A stretch of DNA of 64,000 nucleotides, taken from Octopus bimaculoides (taxonomy: Eukaryota). The notes beneath the pieces were generated by a model that was not told the DNA's origin, searched no databases, and saw only the letters and a list, made by a program, of their open reading frames with translations. Shown one piece after another: positions 51,656 through 64,000 of this stretch; within the stretch, counting starts at the first letter, position 1; each line of letters starts with the position of its first letter. The DNA is taken from contig NC_068995.1 of NCBI RefSeq assembly GCF_001194135.2, forward strand, positions 7,862,659 to 7,926,658, given 5' to 3'. Position numbers and translations under genes: made by a program.

Positions 51656-52934
51656 AAGATTTTGAAAATTAAACGTGTCTATTTACTCCCTGCATGTCTG
51701 TGTATATATAAATTTCGATGCAGAAACGTATCTAAGAGCGTTCAATCCATCGGCATTTTATAGTACTCTATAAAAAAATCTCTCATTTCGATATTGATTG
51801 CACCATATAGATTAATGAAAACTTGTTCTGCTCATTTGAAGTAGGATGAGCAATGATTGAACTTTGAATCTTAAATTTAACCGTTCCTGTTAATTTTCTA
51901 AAATCAAACATACTTATAGGAATTGTTTTGAGGCATTTTTTATGTATGCGTATGTTGATAAAGCGAACATTAAACAATAATCGGTCAGACCTAAATAATG
52001 CCTACAGCCTCTGATGCTGTCGGTTTAGAGTGAAGCATAAAAGAATGAGAGCGTCGAAAAATAATTACTTTTAAGAGGGTAATTGCTTCAAGTGAATCAA
52101 TGACAAAGTGAAGAGATTATAACAAGGTAGTTTTATATAATTATAGTAGAAAACTATTCTGGAATTGAAATGTTTAATGGAGATAACTAAACTTTAGGAT
52201 TACTCTAATCGTATTTCCATTAAATAGCTTATAGTCATGATTTATCGGAAAAGTACTAACAATTAAATTCGATAACCGTTTGGTTATATATACAGGGAGC
52301 CTTTAAACTAAAAGCGGAATTAAACCATAAAATCTTTAGTTGCACCTAGTGTATTTCGTCTGTAGTACCACTATTGAAAATTGACTCGATTTAATAATTG
52401 TTCCTCGTTTAAACACAGAGCCAGTGTTTTAAGGGAAGATAGTGTTTATCGATTACATGAAACTCAGTACTTTCTTGGTACATTATTTTTCTGACAGCGA
52501 AAGGGAGAAACGCAAACTTCACATCGATGGGATTTCATCTCTGAATGCAAAGACATATTTCTCCCTACTCTTTCCCGATTCTAAAAGGTCGCCCTGATGC
52601 TAATGATGAAACGCATTAATAACTTCGCCATAATCTGCCGATGAAGCAGAGGGTATTATGTATTTATAAATGTTAGCAAAAATATATTTCTTAAAATAGT
52701 GTCGAGTCGGTATTCACTTAATGTTTACAGCATGTTTAGAGTAATTTTCTGTCTAATTTTAGAAAAATAAATTAAGTCTAAACATACCTATTGAAATAAC
52801 TATAAATCGTTTCTGGTTTGTACAAAGAAGTTGGTATATCATTTATTAGCACGTAGATTGTCGCCGAAGAACTATTTGTACATCTAAATGTTCGTGGGTG
52901 TGTGAATAAAAGTTAGCTTCGTAACTACATTTCT

Positions 52935-53285
52935 CTGTTGAGTCTCACTACGTGGCGTCTTGGACAAATGTCTTATACTATAGCCTCGGGCTGACCAAAC
53001 ACCTGTGAGTGGACATGGTAGGCGGAAACTGAAAGAAACCCGTCATATATATATATATGAGTGTGTGTGTGTGTGTGTGTGTCTCTTTGTGTCTGTCTTT
53101 TTCCCCACCAGTCTGATATAAGCGGTGTTAAGAGGTTTCTCAAAAGAGAGCGGTTCGGCAAAAGAATACGATAAAATTGAAAAGGAGGTGTAGATAAAAT
53201 GTGTCGATTCATTCGTCTAAAAATTCTTCAAGGTGGTGCTCCATCATGGCCGCAGTAGTCTGATGACTGAAACAAGTAAAATTCA
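52935..53285 (+). mobile_element. Family C SINE with CORE-like motif and internal microsatellite, head degraded
   Basis: CTTGGACAAATGTCTTATACTATAGCCTCGGGCTGACC..GGAAACTGAAAGAAACCCGTC(TA)n(GT)n..GGTGCTCCATCATGGCCGCAG..GACTGAAAC. Confidence 0.8.
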
Positions 53286-53459
53286 AAAGCAAGAGCTACA
53301 TCGATCTAACGATCGATCTGCACAACATTCCATAATTATATCTATCGATCTCGTTGTCTATCTATCTTTATATCAGACTCTGTCGAGTGGTCTGTCGGTC
53401 GGTCCGCTAGTTTGTCTATTTTTCTGCTAATATATATTTATACGTGTGTGTGTGTGTGT

Positions 53460-53515
<56 letters not shown>

Positions 53516-54293
53516 TATATATATATTATGTATGTATGTTTGTATGTATGTATGCATATGTGTGTGTATGTATGTATATATATGTGTGTATATGTATGTA
53601 TGTATGTATGTATATAAAAATATGTATAATGTCAATACCATTAACAGATATCTTGACCTCACTTACAAGATTTGCTAATTAGCACTTTGTAGTAATAAAA
53701 AAGTGATGTCATATTTCTTAATTGTTTCACGCGCAAAATATACTTAGAAGATAATAATAATAATAATAATAGCAACAACAACAATAATAATATAATAATA
53801 ATAAAAAATAATGATAATGATGATGGTGACGATGATGTTCGACAGGCTGATGATGATGATGATAAGAAATAGAAGGAGGAGGTAAAGGAGAAGAGGGAGA
53901 AGATGAATACACTTATCATTTATGCTTTTTAGAAGCCATGGGGAAAATTAACCACGCAGTTACGTTTCAAGTGATACTTAGCGTGCTCGTCAGCCAGAAA
54001 TTTAACCTTTAAAATATGTTACTTCACACTGTGTGTGAATGTGCTGAAAATGTATTTACAATGCAATGTAATGGATCGATAGCCAACCTATATCTCGGTT
54101 GTGTACTTTTACGTTTTGAGTTCAGATCTGAAGTTTAAGTATTCGATAAATTAACTATCAATCACGATTAGAACTAGATTAGATCTACTTCATGCATCTC
54201 GAAACATCTGTCGGATTGCTGTTCCGATATCAGACTTCGATATTTTGTACTTACATAGATACATACTTCATACATACCTCATACATACAAAAA

Positions 54294-54374
<81 letters not shown>

Positions 54375-54407
54375 GTATGTATATGAACATATATACAGCT
54401 GTATATA

Positions 54408-54438
<31 letters not shown>

Positions 54439-54565
54439 GTGTATATATATATGAATTGTGTGTGTGTGTGTGTGTGTGCGTGTATACATACACACGCATA
54501 CACTCACACATAGAACATAAATGCCTTTGTACGTATGTATATGCATACAGTTATACATATATACT

Positions 54566-54604
<39 letters not shown>

Positions 54605-54998
54605 ACATGTAAATTATGTATTCATACACACACACACATATATATTTATATATGTGTGTGTGTGTGTGTGTATAAACATATGTAATTCTATATATTTATA
54701 CACACACGCACACACATATATCGATCTTTAACTTTAGCACAAAATCTAATATTTTTAAGAGAAAAAGTAGTGGTAGAGACATTCAACATCGATTTTAGTT
54801 CTGATTGATGTTAATTATTTTATTAATACCATAAGAATGACCTCGAATGTTATCGATTCGGAATTCAAAGCAATATACGGCAATATATTTAACCAGACGT
54901 ACTACCAAACCAGCCTATCTAGATATTGGATGGGAGGTGTATCATTCAGTCTTATCATAATGAAGAGGACTAATGGTCAAATTATTTCCAGACATCAG

Positions 54999-55088
<90 letters not shown>

Positions 55089-55281
55089 ATGGTGTGGTGT
55101 AAAGATACAATTGGGAGTTGCTGTCTGGACACTGAAGATTTGGATGGCTGACTGGATTATCAACCTGTTGTGACGACTATGCACTTTGTCTGTCTGTCTA
55201 GCTAGCTATACATGTGTGTGTGTGTGTATAATTCTAGTCAAAATTTTAAGAAAAGATGTTTACCAATTATTTTAGCGGTAT

Positions 55282-55418
55282 CACTTAATTTATCAACCCC
55301 GAAAGGATGAAAGGCAAAGTCGACCTCGGAGGAATTTGAACTCAGAACTTTAAGACAGACGAAATACCGCTAAACATTTCGCCAGCCGTGCTAACGTTTC
55401 TGCTAGCTCACCGCCTTA
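55282..55418 (-). mobile_element. Family B SINE, 5' half
   Basis: CCCCGAAAGGATGAAAGGCAAAGTCGACCTCGG.GGAATTTGAACTCAGAAC..GCTAGCTCACCGCC. Confidence 0.85.
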
Positions 55419-55989
55419 GACTCATCCTAATTCTATTATTGAAAATTAAATACGTACAGCAACTAGTATCGTTACAAGGTATCTGAATCTCAATTAAAGT
55501 TCGGCAATCATTCAAAAGAGACTTCCAGATTTTACCTGAAATGGTACCAATTCTAAATATAGTTATACATTTGTTTTTTGTTTAGTCTTATTAAACATTC
55601 TGCTGACCTTAAACTGATACCTCTCATTGTCTCTGTTAGTACAGATGAAATGTCAAATGGATATTTATCATTATTTGACGCCTGTGAATAATAATTACTA
55701 CAAGAGATTAGCTGTAAACAAAAGAAATTAATTTTAGCTTTTTTCTATTTTAAGTCTTCATTAAATTATAGATTTTCGAAACAGTGTTTCATGAAGTTGA
55801 AGATTACGACTTGTCTTTGGTTCTGTTGGATAGTTAAGTTTTTTTTTCAGATCATAAACATCGATCTTTTTTTTTTTTCTTTTTCATTATGCTAAATACA
55901 CAAATTGTTGCTCAGATTTCTTTCCATACTTTATTTTTGGAAATGTAACACTCGACCGCTCGAACGCTGTGACTAGATAGATAATACTG

Positions 55990-56434
55990 AATTTGAATTT
56001 TGGCACAAGGCTAGCAATTTCCGAGTAGAGGGTGAGTTGAAAACGCCACTCTCAGGGTTCAAATTGTACTTATTTTATCGACCTCGAAGGGATGAAATGC
56101 AACACCGATCCTGCCGGAATTCGAACGTAAAGACGGACGAAATACCGTTAAGCATTTTGCTCGGTGCGGTAACGATTATACAAGCTCGCAGCTTTGACAA
56201 GCAGAATAATATTAAAAATTATTTCGCAAATCTTGGTTTGAAATTTTGGCACAGAACCAGCAATATCGGTGTATGTCTATTACATCGATCCCAGTTCTCA
56301 ACTAATAATAATTTTATCGACCACAAAAGGCAAAGTAAACCTGGGCAGAATTTAATCACATGACTTAAATAGGGACGAAATGCTTCTAAGAGGTTTGCGC
56401 GGCGCAGTGCCGATTCTGCCAGTAGGCCGCCTTG
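55990..56434 (-). mobile_element. Two tandem diverged family B SINEs
   Basis: Two TTTTGGCACA 3' ends (about 56000 and 56245), each followed by a degenerate family B body. Confidence 0.7.
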
Positions 56435-56889
56435 ACTAGCAGAATAACATTAAGGGTCATTAACACTTTCTTGTATAATTAATTCTACATATCTCATGAG
56501 TCATTCAGCTGCCATCTTGTAAAGTCACCGGTAAATCATAGACTCTGTATTATGTATTTTGTTAAAGATTAGGAATATATTGTTTTCTTTATGCTTGCAT
56601 GAGCTTAATTGCGTAGTCGAGTGTCAAGATAAACAATTTTCACTTAACAAGTCTGAAAAATATATCAAAATTAGTTTCTTTTCCTTTCGAAACGAGAATT
56701 ATTTACAGCTTGAAGAACGTCACTAAAAATGTTCTAGATTAAAAAGTACGTTCCAGGTTACGAAAAACATGTATGTTTAAAGAAAAATAACGTGACTCAA
56801 TTCAGAGTTAATTAAGGGGTTGAAAATTTTAACGAGAACATTCAGGATGAAGGAATAGGTTTTGGATAATTAAAAAAAAACCAGATCAA

Positions 56890-57170
56890 CGGTAACAAAT
56901 GTTGTGTAACAATGTCCATAATATGTTGGGCGGCCATTGTCTTGCTCTTTTCTAAATAAGTTCTGTTTACTTCGGTCTTCAATTGCAGCTTCTCACTATA
57001 ACCACGTATTTATATTCGGATAATTCACTTGAAGAGATACCTAATTATACTTTGCGATTGATATTCCAACTGAGACGACCTTCTTTCATGAACGTCATTG
57101 ACCAGAATGTTTATTGGATTCTTCTTGACCTCCGTGTCAGTGAATTGGAATAGTCCTGAATATGGTCGCT
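56890..57170 (-). mobile_element. Possible very degenerate RTE RT C-terminal fragment
   Basis: Frameshifted RRIQ..MTFMKEGRLSWNI...TYYGH loosely matches RTE RRIL.ISW...L.YFGH. Confidence 0.3.
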
Positions 57171-57429
57171 GTCACAGTTTTCTCCTATTATGTGCTGGTG
57201 CATACTACTTCATTTCAATTTATTTTTCACATCGTTGGTATAATTTCAAGTGCATGTGAGTCCTCTCTCTCTTATATATCTGTAGATATATCAAGTCTTA
57301 GTTATATATAAATGTATATATATATCATTGACTTACCCGTCGTTAGACGACGTATGAGGTGCGGGCAATTTCTCGCTGAAAAATCGCACGTTATTTGTCT
57401 ATAGTGATTGAATGCTTGTGTACACATAA

Positions 57430-57625
57430 ACTTACCCCGTCAATCAAATCGACATCACCTGTATAGGTGTACCATGTGCCACATGTCAGACGAAGAAATG
57501 ATCGCAGAGCCACTTGAAATAAAGTGTTTTGCTCAAGAACACGACGCAACGCCCGATCTGAAATTCGAAACCTCGATCACGCAATTCTGAGTGCAGCACC
57601 CTAACCACAAAGCTATGCGCCTACA
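57430..57625 (-). mobile_element. Family D-related SINE
   Basis: TGAAATAAAGTGTTTTGCTCAAGAACACGACGC..TTCGAAACC..CCCTAACCACAAAGC matches 40905-41010. Confidence 0.7.
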
Positions 57626-57847
57626 CATATTTATCAGATTAATCAAATAATTTTAGTAAACATTTACTTTAATATTCTGGTTGCTCTATTGATATTTCAA
57701 TGTTTCACTGTTGCCTTATTTCTCTTATAACATTTCATTTTCCCCAGAGAACAACAGCCTCTCATTTCATTTTTCTTTTCTGTATTATTTTCTTAAACAC
57801 ATACGGTGCGGAGCAAACACTCTTCTCTTTGCTTGTAATTTCATCCA

Positions 57848-58160
57848 CTTTTTCAGCTGGCAGAAACGTTAGCACGTCGGGCGAAATGCTGAGCGGTATT
57901 TCGTCTGTCTTTACGTTCTGAGTTCAAATTCTGCCGTGGTCGACTTTGCCTCTTATCCTTTCGGGGTCGATAAATTAAGTACCAGTTGCGTATTGGGTTC
58001 GATCTAATCGACTGGCCCCCAAAATTTCGAACCTTCTTCCTAGAGCAGAAAAGAATTGCTAGAGCTTCGAGGAAAATTTCAAGCTATTAACTGTTAGAGT
58101 TCAAATCCTGCAGAGGGTAACTTCACCTTTCACCCTTTCTAGGCCGACAAACGAATTACA
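57848..58160 (+). mobile_element. Family B SINE followed by a partial second copy
   Basis: Well-preserved copy at 57855-58055; second GAGTTCAAATCC..CCTTTCACCCTTTC at about 58097-58150. Confidence 0.85.
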
Positions 58161-59327
58161 ATTCCAGTCCTAGAGTTGATTGTTATTCTTATTCTCTGTA
58201 ACACAATATATTGTGGGAGTCATTCACATATCCATCCTTTTCCTTTAGATTATCAAAAGCACGAACTCCTAACGCTGTTAAAAATACACGTGTCTTCGGA
58301 AGACTCGGCTGTTCACAAGCTAGTTTTATAAGTATGAAGGCAGCTGATTGAACAATTGAATCCTCGTCGTCGAAACCAACGGAGGACCTCCGATACGCTA
58401 TATCACCTGCAGCCAGTTTTATTAACAGAAAATGTTCCATAAAAGACTTTTGAATTGAATCACATTTACAAATCCCTATTCTATGATGGCAATTGTTTTT
58501 GTAGACACTGAAAATTTAGGTAAATGGATTTTCTCTTAATGTACTTATATAATGTAGGCGAGGCATAACAATCGAATGTAATTATGCAGCTTGCAGGGTT
58601 ATGTATGAATGTGCGTGCGAGCTTATATATATATATATATATATATTTACATATATGTAAATATAAATATATGTACAAATGTCTTTACACACACACACAC
58701 ATATGGGTGTGTACGTGGCGTGTGTGTGTCTTTACTATTCTATGTATATGTGTGTATATATATATATATATGCATATAGAGGTGTGTCTACGAGTGTCTG
58801 TGTTTATGCATGTTACCGTCTCAATATATATTGCTCTATTGATATATGTGTTCCGCCCATTACATATGTCATTATATAGATTTCCGAGTTGACAAGACAT
58901 CATTCATATCCTCCCAAATGGCTCATCCAATTCATCCGCTATAAAGACGTATTGGTTTTGTTATCATTTTCAATAAGGACCGGGGAATTATCTCTAACTT
59001 AAACCTATATACATAAACCCTTCTAACACTAATGCGCTGTTCAACGATACGAAAGAATCGATATCAAACTGGTTAACAGATGTTTCCAGTCGTGCAAAGA
59101 AACCTCTCTTGTCAGCAACAAGCACATTCTGGAATTCACACACTCACACAAATGCACACACACACTCACACGCATAATCATACACACAACACAACCCGCA
59201 CACATGCGTTCATGTGCGTATATTTTTCTATACGTACAAACACACGGATAAACACGTAAATCGATATAAATATATACATACACACATATATATATTTATA
59301 TACATATACATATATACACACACACAC

Positions 59328-59380
<53 letters not shown>

Positions 59381-59404
59381 CTGTATTTACATACCTGTCT
59401 ATAA

Positions 59405-59442
<38 letters not shown>

Positions 59443-60389
59443 GTATGTATATATGGACACGTGTATCTATGCTTAGATTTTATATATTGAAGTGTATTTA
59501 CATATAAGTATACATGTATATTCTGTGTTTGCTTGTGTGTGTGTGTGTTCTTGTGAGTGTGCTTTTAGACACATTTTGTGCATGTAAGTCATCTGTGTAG
59601 GTTCACTGACTACGTTAGCAAAATCATTGTCTTCATGAAACATTGATTTTTTATAAACCAAAGATCTCTTCTTTCCTTCACATTCTCCCATATACTCAAT
59701 CCTACATGCATTTTGCCGGAGGAACCTGTGAAACTCCGTTGCACAAAACACAAGACTGCATTTAAATGCGAGAATCATAAATCCATTTTCAAATATACTA
59801 CACCTTTGGTTACGAATGAAAAGTGAAGATGATACACTGATTTCTATATATAATATTCGATAACTTATATGCCTATACTTTAACTAAAACTGTTTGAACG
59901 TTAATAATAAAGCAGATTATTTAAAAAGCACAACCGAGATAATTGACAAGTGTTGCCACGACCAAGAATCTTTATTAAAGCAAAATCAATGGAAACATTG
60001 GAACATATAGTGATGCAAGATTTAGTTTATCGTTACACTCAAAATAACCTACAAATAAGAAATCCAAAACACGATATACTATAACGTCCGACATAATTCA
60101 TGAGACAAGCCATGTCCAACTAAATACTGCACTTGGACCTCTAACGTTAACATAGTGTCCCAACAGCAAGAACTATTATACAAATTAAATGCTCATACAA
60201 CTCCCACAATATCCATATGTGTGTACGCTTGTATATGTTTATAGACGTATGTATGTATGTATGCATGTTATAAGTATATATATATATATATATATGGATT
60301 TACAAGTGCATAGATGTCTATATATAGACATACATATATATATTTTTTTTCCTATACATTTTCCTAGACATTTTTGCTACACATTCAAT

Positions 60390-60580
60390 AAACCTTCTCT
60401 GATATGTGATATTTTGGTGGAGGAGGGAGTTCGCCCTTGCTGCCCTCATCTGTGTTTCTTGCCTATAGGTACGTTCATCTGGAACTCTTGACAGAACATT
60501 TGTTATGAAAAAAGCATATATCCACGCCATACATATCTCTCAGACTTTGTGGGAGAATACTGCAGAGCTGTGGGCCTTTA
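60390..60580 (-). mobile_element. L2/Crack-group LINE 3' end
   Basis: GPQLCSILPQSLRDMYG..LSRVPDERT..RAARANSLLHQ resembles GP.LFN.LP..LR...LS.VPD.P...R.A.SNSL..Q. Confidence 0.7.
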
Positions 60581-60594
60581 AAACCTAAGCTGTT

Positions 60595-60641
<47 letters not shown>

Positions 60642-60642
60642 T

Positions 60643-60855
60643 TTTTCACTCTAGGCACAAGGCCCGACATTTTGGGGGAGGGGCCGTCGATTAGATCGAT
60701 CCCAGTACGCAACTGGTACTTAATTAATTGACACTCAGAAAGGATGAAAGGCAACATCGACCTCGGCGGAATTTGCACTCGGAACGTAAAGACACACGAA
60801 ATGGCGCTAAGCATTCCGCCTTGCGTGCTAACGTTTCTACCTGCTCACCGCCTTA
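60643..60855 (-). mobile_element. Family B SINE, full length
   Basis: Reverse complement of 57855-58055 throughout. Confidence 0.88.
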
Positions 60856-61549
60856 AAATATATACATAATGTATGCGTGTGTGTGTGTGTGCGCGCACGC
60901 GCCTGTGTGTTTGTGCGTATATAGAAGATCGAAATACTTGATATAAGAGACAGAAGGTAATACAAGAAAGAAAAAAATAACAGAAGACACAGAATCGATG
61001 CACAATCAGTTATAATACCAAGTAATCATGCTGTGTGCTCTAAGTAGAAAGAAATATTATTAAAGTGTAGTTAGGGTCACTTATTCTTTAATGACGTCAA
61101 TGTTTCTAATCTATAGTCTTAAGGTTTTGCTTCTATAGTTGTTATATGGATGGAGACGAATGCTCAATAACTATTACAGTCATATATCGTTCGTCCGTGC
61201 GTCTTTCCCATTTTGTCTCTCTTACGATTTATGGAATCTTAAGAACAGCTACTGTAATTCCATTTCTATCTCTTCTTCTCTATCTCTTTCTCTCTGACTC
61301 ATAATGTCCGTCTCTCACTAAGTGTAACGATAACCTAAATCTAGCATCACCATATATTCCAATGTTTCCATTGATTTTACTTTAATAATGATTCTTGGTC
61401 GCGGCAACACTTGTCAATTATCTCGGTATGTTTGTGCATGTGTGTATATTAGTCGCTGTTTTTCTGGGCATGTGTATATATATATATATATATATGTATG
61501 TACACATATATATATATATATATATATAAACGCGGGCGCACACGCATTT

Positions 61550-61692
61550 GCGAGCGGTGCTGAAAAGTTCCTCGGTGGAGCCACAAATTCTGAGTTCTTT
61601 CACAAGGTTTAGAAAAAATGAAGAACTGCTGCAATAAGTGTGATCATCCTGTATTTCCTTTCACACAAATCCAGGAACTTTTCATTCCCATT
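61550..61692. mobile_element. About 140-bp mariner-derived MITE
   Basis: TGAAAAGTTCCT (61561-61572) and AGGAACTTTTCA (61673-61684) are a perfect 12-bp inverted pair related to the TIR at 4558. Confidence 0.6.
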
Positions 61693-61693
61693 T

Positions 61694-61730
<37 letters not shown>

Positions 61731-61732
<2 letters not shown>

Positions 61733-61886
61733 GTGGCTGTGTGGTAAGTTGCTTGCCTACCAACCACATGGTTCCAGGTCCAGTCCCACTGCGTGGCATC
61801 TTGGGCAAGTGTCTTCTACTATAGCCTCGGGCCGACCAGTAACTTGTGAGTGGATTTGGTAGACGGAAACTAAAAGAAGCTCGTCG

Positions 61887-61917
<31 letters not shown>

Positions 61918-62140
61918 GCGAGTATATGTTTGTGTGTCTGCGTTTGTTTCCCCCCCCCCCCAACATCGCTTGACAACCGATGCTGGTGTGTTTACGTCCC
62001 CATAACTTAGCGGTTCGGCAAAGCAGACCCGATAGAATAAGTACTAAGCTTACAAAGAATAACTCCTGAGGTCGATTTGCTCGACGAAAAGGCGGTGCTC
62101 CAGCATGACTGCATTCAAATGACTGAAACTAGTAAGAGAG
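61731..62140 (+). mobile_element. Family C tRNA-derived SINE with CORE-like motif, near full length
   Basis: GAGTGGCTGTGTGGTAAG head, GGTTCCAGGTCC B-box remnant, CTTGGGCAAGTGTCTT CORE-like motif, internal microsatellite, GACTGAAAC tail. Confidence 0.85.
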
Positions 62141-62189
62141 TACATATGCATACATATATGATCCAGTTGATACAATCGGAAAGAGGCTT

Positions 62190-62450
62190 GTGAAAAGTGA
62201 CATGCAAGTGACTGAGCATCCCACAGACACTTTTGCACTTAACTTAATTGTGAGGCACATTCAAACTGAAACTGCGAATGTGACAGGACTGGCCCATTGA
62301 ACTGCCGATGAAAGTCATTTTACCTGCTGACAGGACTGGAGCAACGTAAAATAAAATACCGTGCTCATAGACAGTTCGCACCGTCAGAAATCGAACTCTT
62401 GACTTTAAAATCTCCAGCCAAATGCACTAACTACTAAACTACACCTCCAC
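62190..62450 (-). mobile_element. Degenerate SINE with family D-like head and family A-like 3' module
   Basis: GGACTGGAGCAACGT matches family D; GTGACTGAGCA.CCCACAGACAC..GTGACA matches the reverse complement of the family A 3' half. Confidence 0.55.
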
Positions 62451-62953
62451 ACAATTTCCCTCTCTCTCTATCTCTTTCTTTCTTTATATCTCTCTCTCTT
62501 AAGCACACACACACAGGGATATATGGATACACATGCGTGGGTGCGGAACTAATATTTTTAAATATAAGCGCGTGCGCGCGCGCGCGTGTGTGTGTGTGTG
62601 TGTGTGNNNNNNNNNNNNNNNNNNNNNNNNNNNNNNNNNNNNNNNNNNNNNNNNNNNNNNNNNNNNNNNNNNNNNNNNNNNNNNNNNNNNNNNNNNNNNN
62701 NNNNNNNNNNNNNNNNNNNNNNNNNNNNNNNNNNNNNNNNNNNNNNNNNNNNNNNNNNNNNNNNNNNNNNNNNNNNNNNNNNNNNNNNNNNNNNNNNNNN
62801 NNNNNNNNNNNNNNNNNNNNNNNNNNNNNNNNNNNNNNNNNNNNNNNNNNNNNNNNNNNNNNNNNNNNNNNNNNNNNNNNNNNNNNNNNNNNNNNNNNNN
62901 NNNNNNNNNNNNNNNNNNNNNNNNNNNNNNNNNNNNNNNNNNNNNNNNNNNNN

Positions 62954-62999
<46 letters not shown>

Positions 63000-63840
63000 T
63001 ACGTGGTGAATTTATGGAAAGAAACCCCATAAAACTCAGCAATTTAGTTAAGAATGGAGAAGACAAGTTAATATATCGTTTCGTACAGAGATATACAAAT
63101 TCATGCTTTAATTGAATTAAATTAAATTAAATTAAATTAATTAATTAATTATATATCAATCTACTCTTCAGTGCAGGAAGTATAAACAAAATCTTTACAA
63201 TGAACTCGAGAAAGGAAAAAGCATAAGAATAGAATCTAGGAGATACATATTTCATATATGTGTATCTCTGTGTGTGTATAAAGAAATATATATACATACA
63301 TACATACGTGTGTGTGTGTTCTTTTATTCTTTTATTTTTCAGTCTTAAGGCTGTGACCATGCTGGGGTACTAGGAAACGAGAGTTGAATTTGTTTGCAAA
63401 AGATTCGTTCGCCATTTAAATCTCCCTACTCAAGAGTGAAATGTGTAGAACATTGCTCCGGAAATGGTTTTGGTGGATGCTGTATGTTATGCTGTAGATT
63501 ATGTTGATAATGATTTTGATGATGATGATGATATGGAAATGACAGGGAATATCGGGAAAATCATCATTTCTGCCATGTTGGCGACGACGATGATGTGAGT
63601 AGGGGTGTTGAGTGAAGATGTGAAGAGATAGGGCTGGAGGATTTTAAGAGAGAGAGAGAGAGGGGGGAGAGAATGACGGGAAGCGAGTGGATGAAAGTTT
63701 GGAAGATAGTAGGAGTGAGAGAAGATGAGAGATAGTCAGAGGATGGGGCGAACGCTGATTTTGGTGTGAGAGATTTAAATTTACTCTTGGAACGATGAAT
63801 AAATGTTGAAAAAAACAGCCCCCCCCACACACACACACAT

Positions 63841-63897
<57 letters not shown>

Positions 63898-64000
63898 NNN
63901 NNNNNNNNNNNNNNNNNNNNNNNNNNNNNNNNNNNNNNNNNNNNNNNNNNNNNNNNNNNNNNNNNATTTTCTTAATGAATTCTAAATAAAAGTGTGAAAT

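Noticed and set aside
59473-59778. 101-aa minus ORF with Kazal-like ACRIEYMGEC
   Set aside because: Cys spacing does not fit Kazal; FHRFLRQ..VY could equally be a decayed RTE RT remnant; too weak to call either way.

Overview
AT-rich, microsatellite-dense eukaryotic genomic DNA with many N gaps. The (TA)n/(CA)n/(TACA)n load and the SINE/LINE set point to an octopus-like cephalopod draft assembly (inference). No prokaryotic features and no CRISPR array. One protein-coding gene can be reconstructed on the minus strand from four phase-compatible GT-AG exons spread over about 27 kb (45957-45899, 31725-31655, 29588-29520, 19313-18529). It encodes a 327-aa protein: signal peptide, short Cys-containing segment, Pro/Thr-rich stalk and a complete olfactomedin (OLF) domain, with no collagen, Ig or coiled-coil region found. 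A possible alternative last exon (26795-26695) would drop the OLF domain. The rest is transposon debris: mariner and Tc1 fragments, a cluster of three R4/Dong-type LINE pieces, RTE and CR1/L2 ends, at least four tRNA-derived SINE families (one mostly in head-to-tail multimers), two long fold-back hairpins, and several hammerhead-ribozyme motifs of the Penelope-like-element type. Almost all ORFs in the supplied track are microsatellite or gap artefacts. Nothing here establishes a new biological system; the best leads are the minimal secreted OLF gene and its possible isoforms, the hammerhead motifs, the fold-backs and the SINE multimers. All coordinates, alignments and family calls were made by eye.
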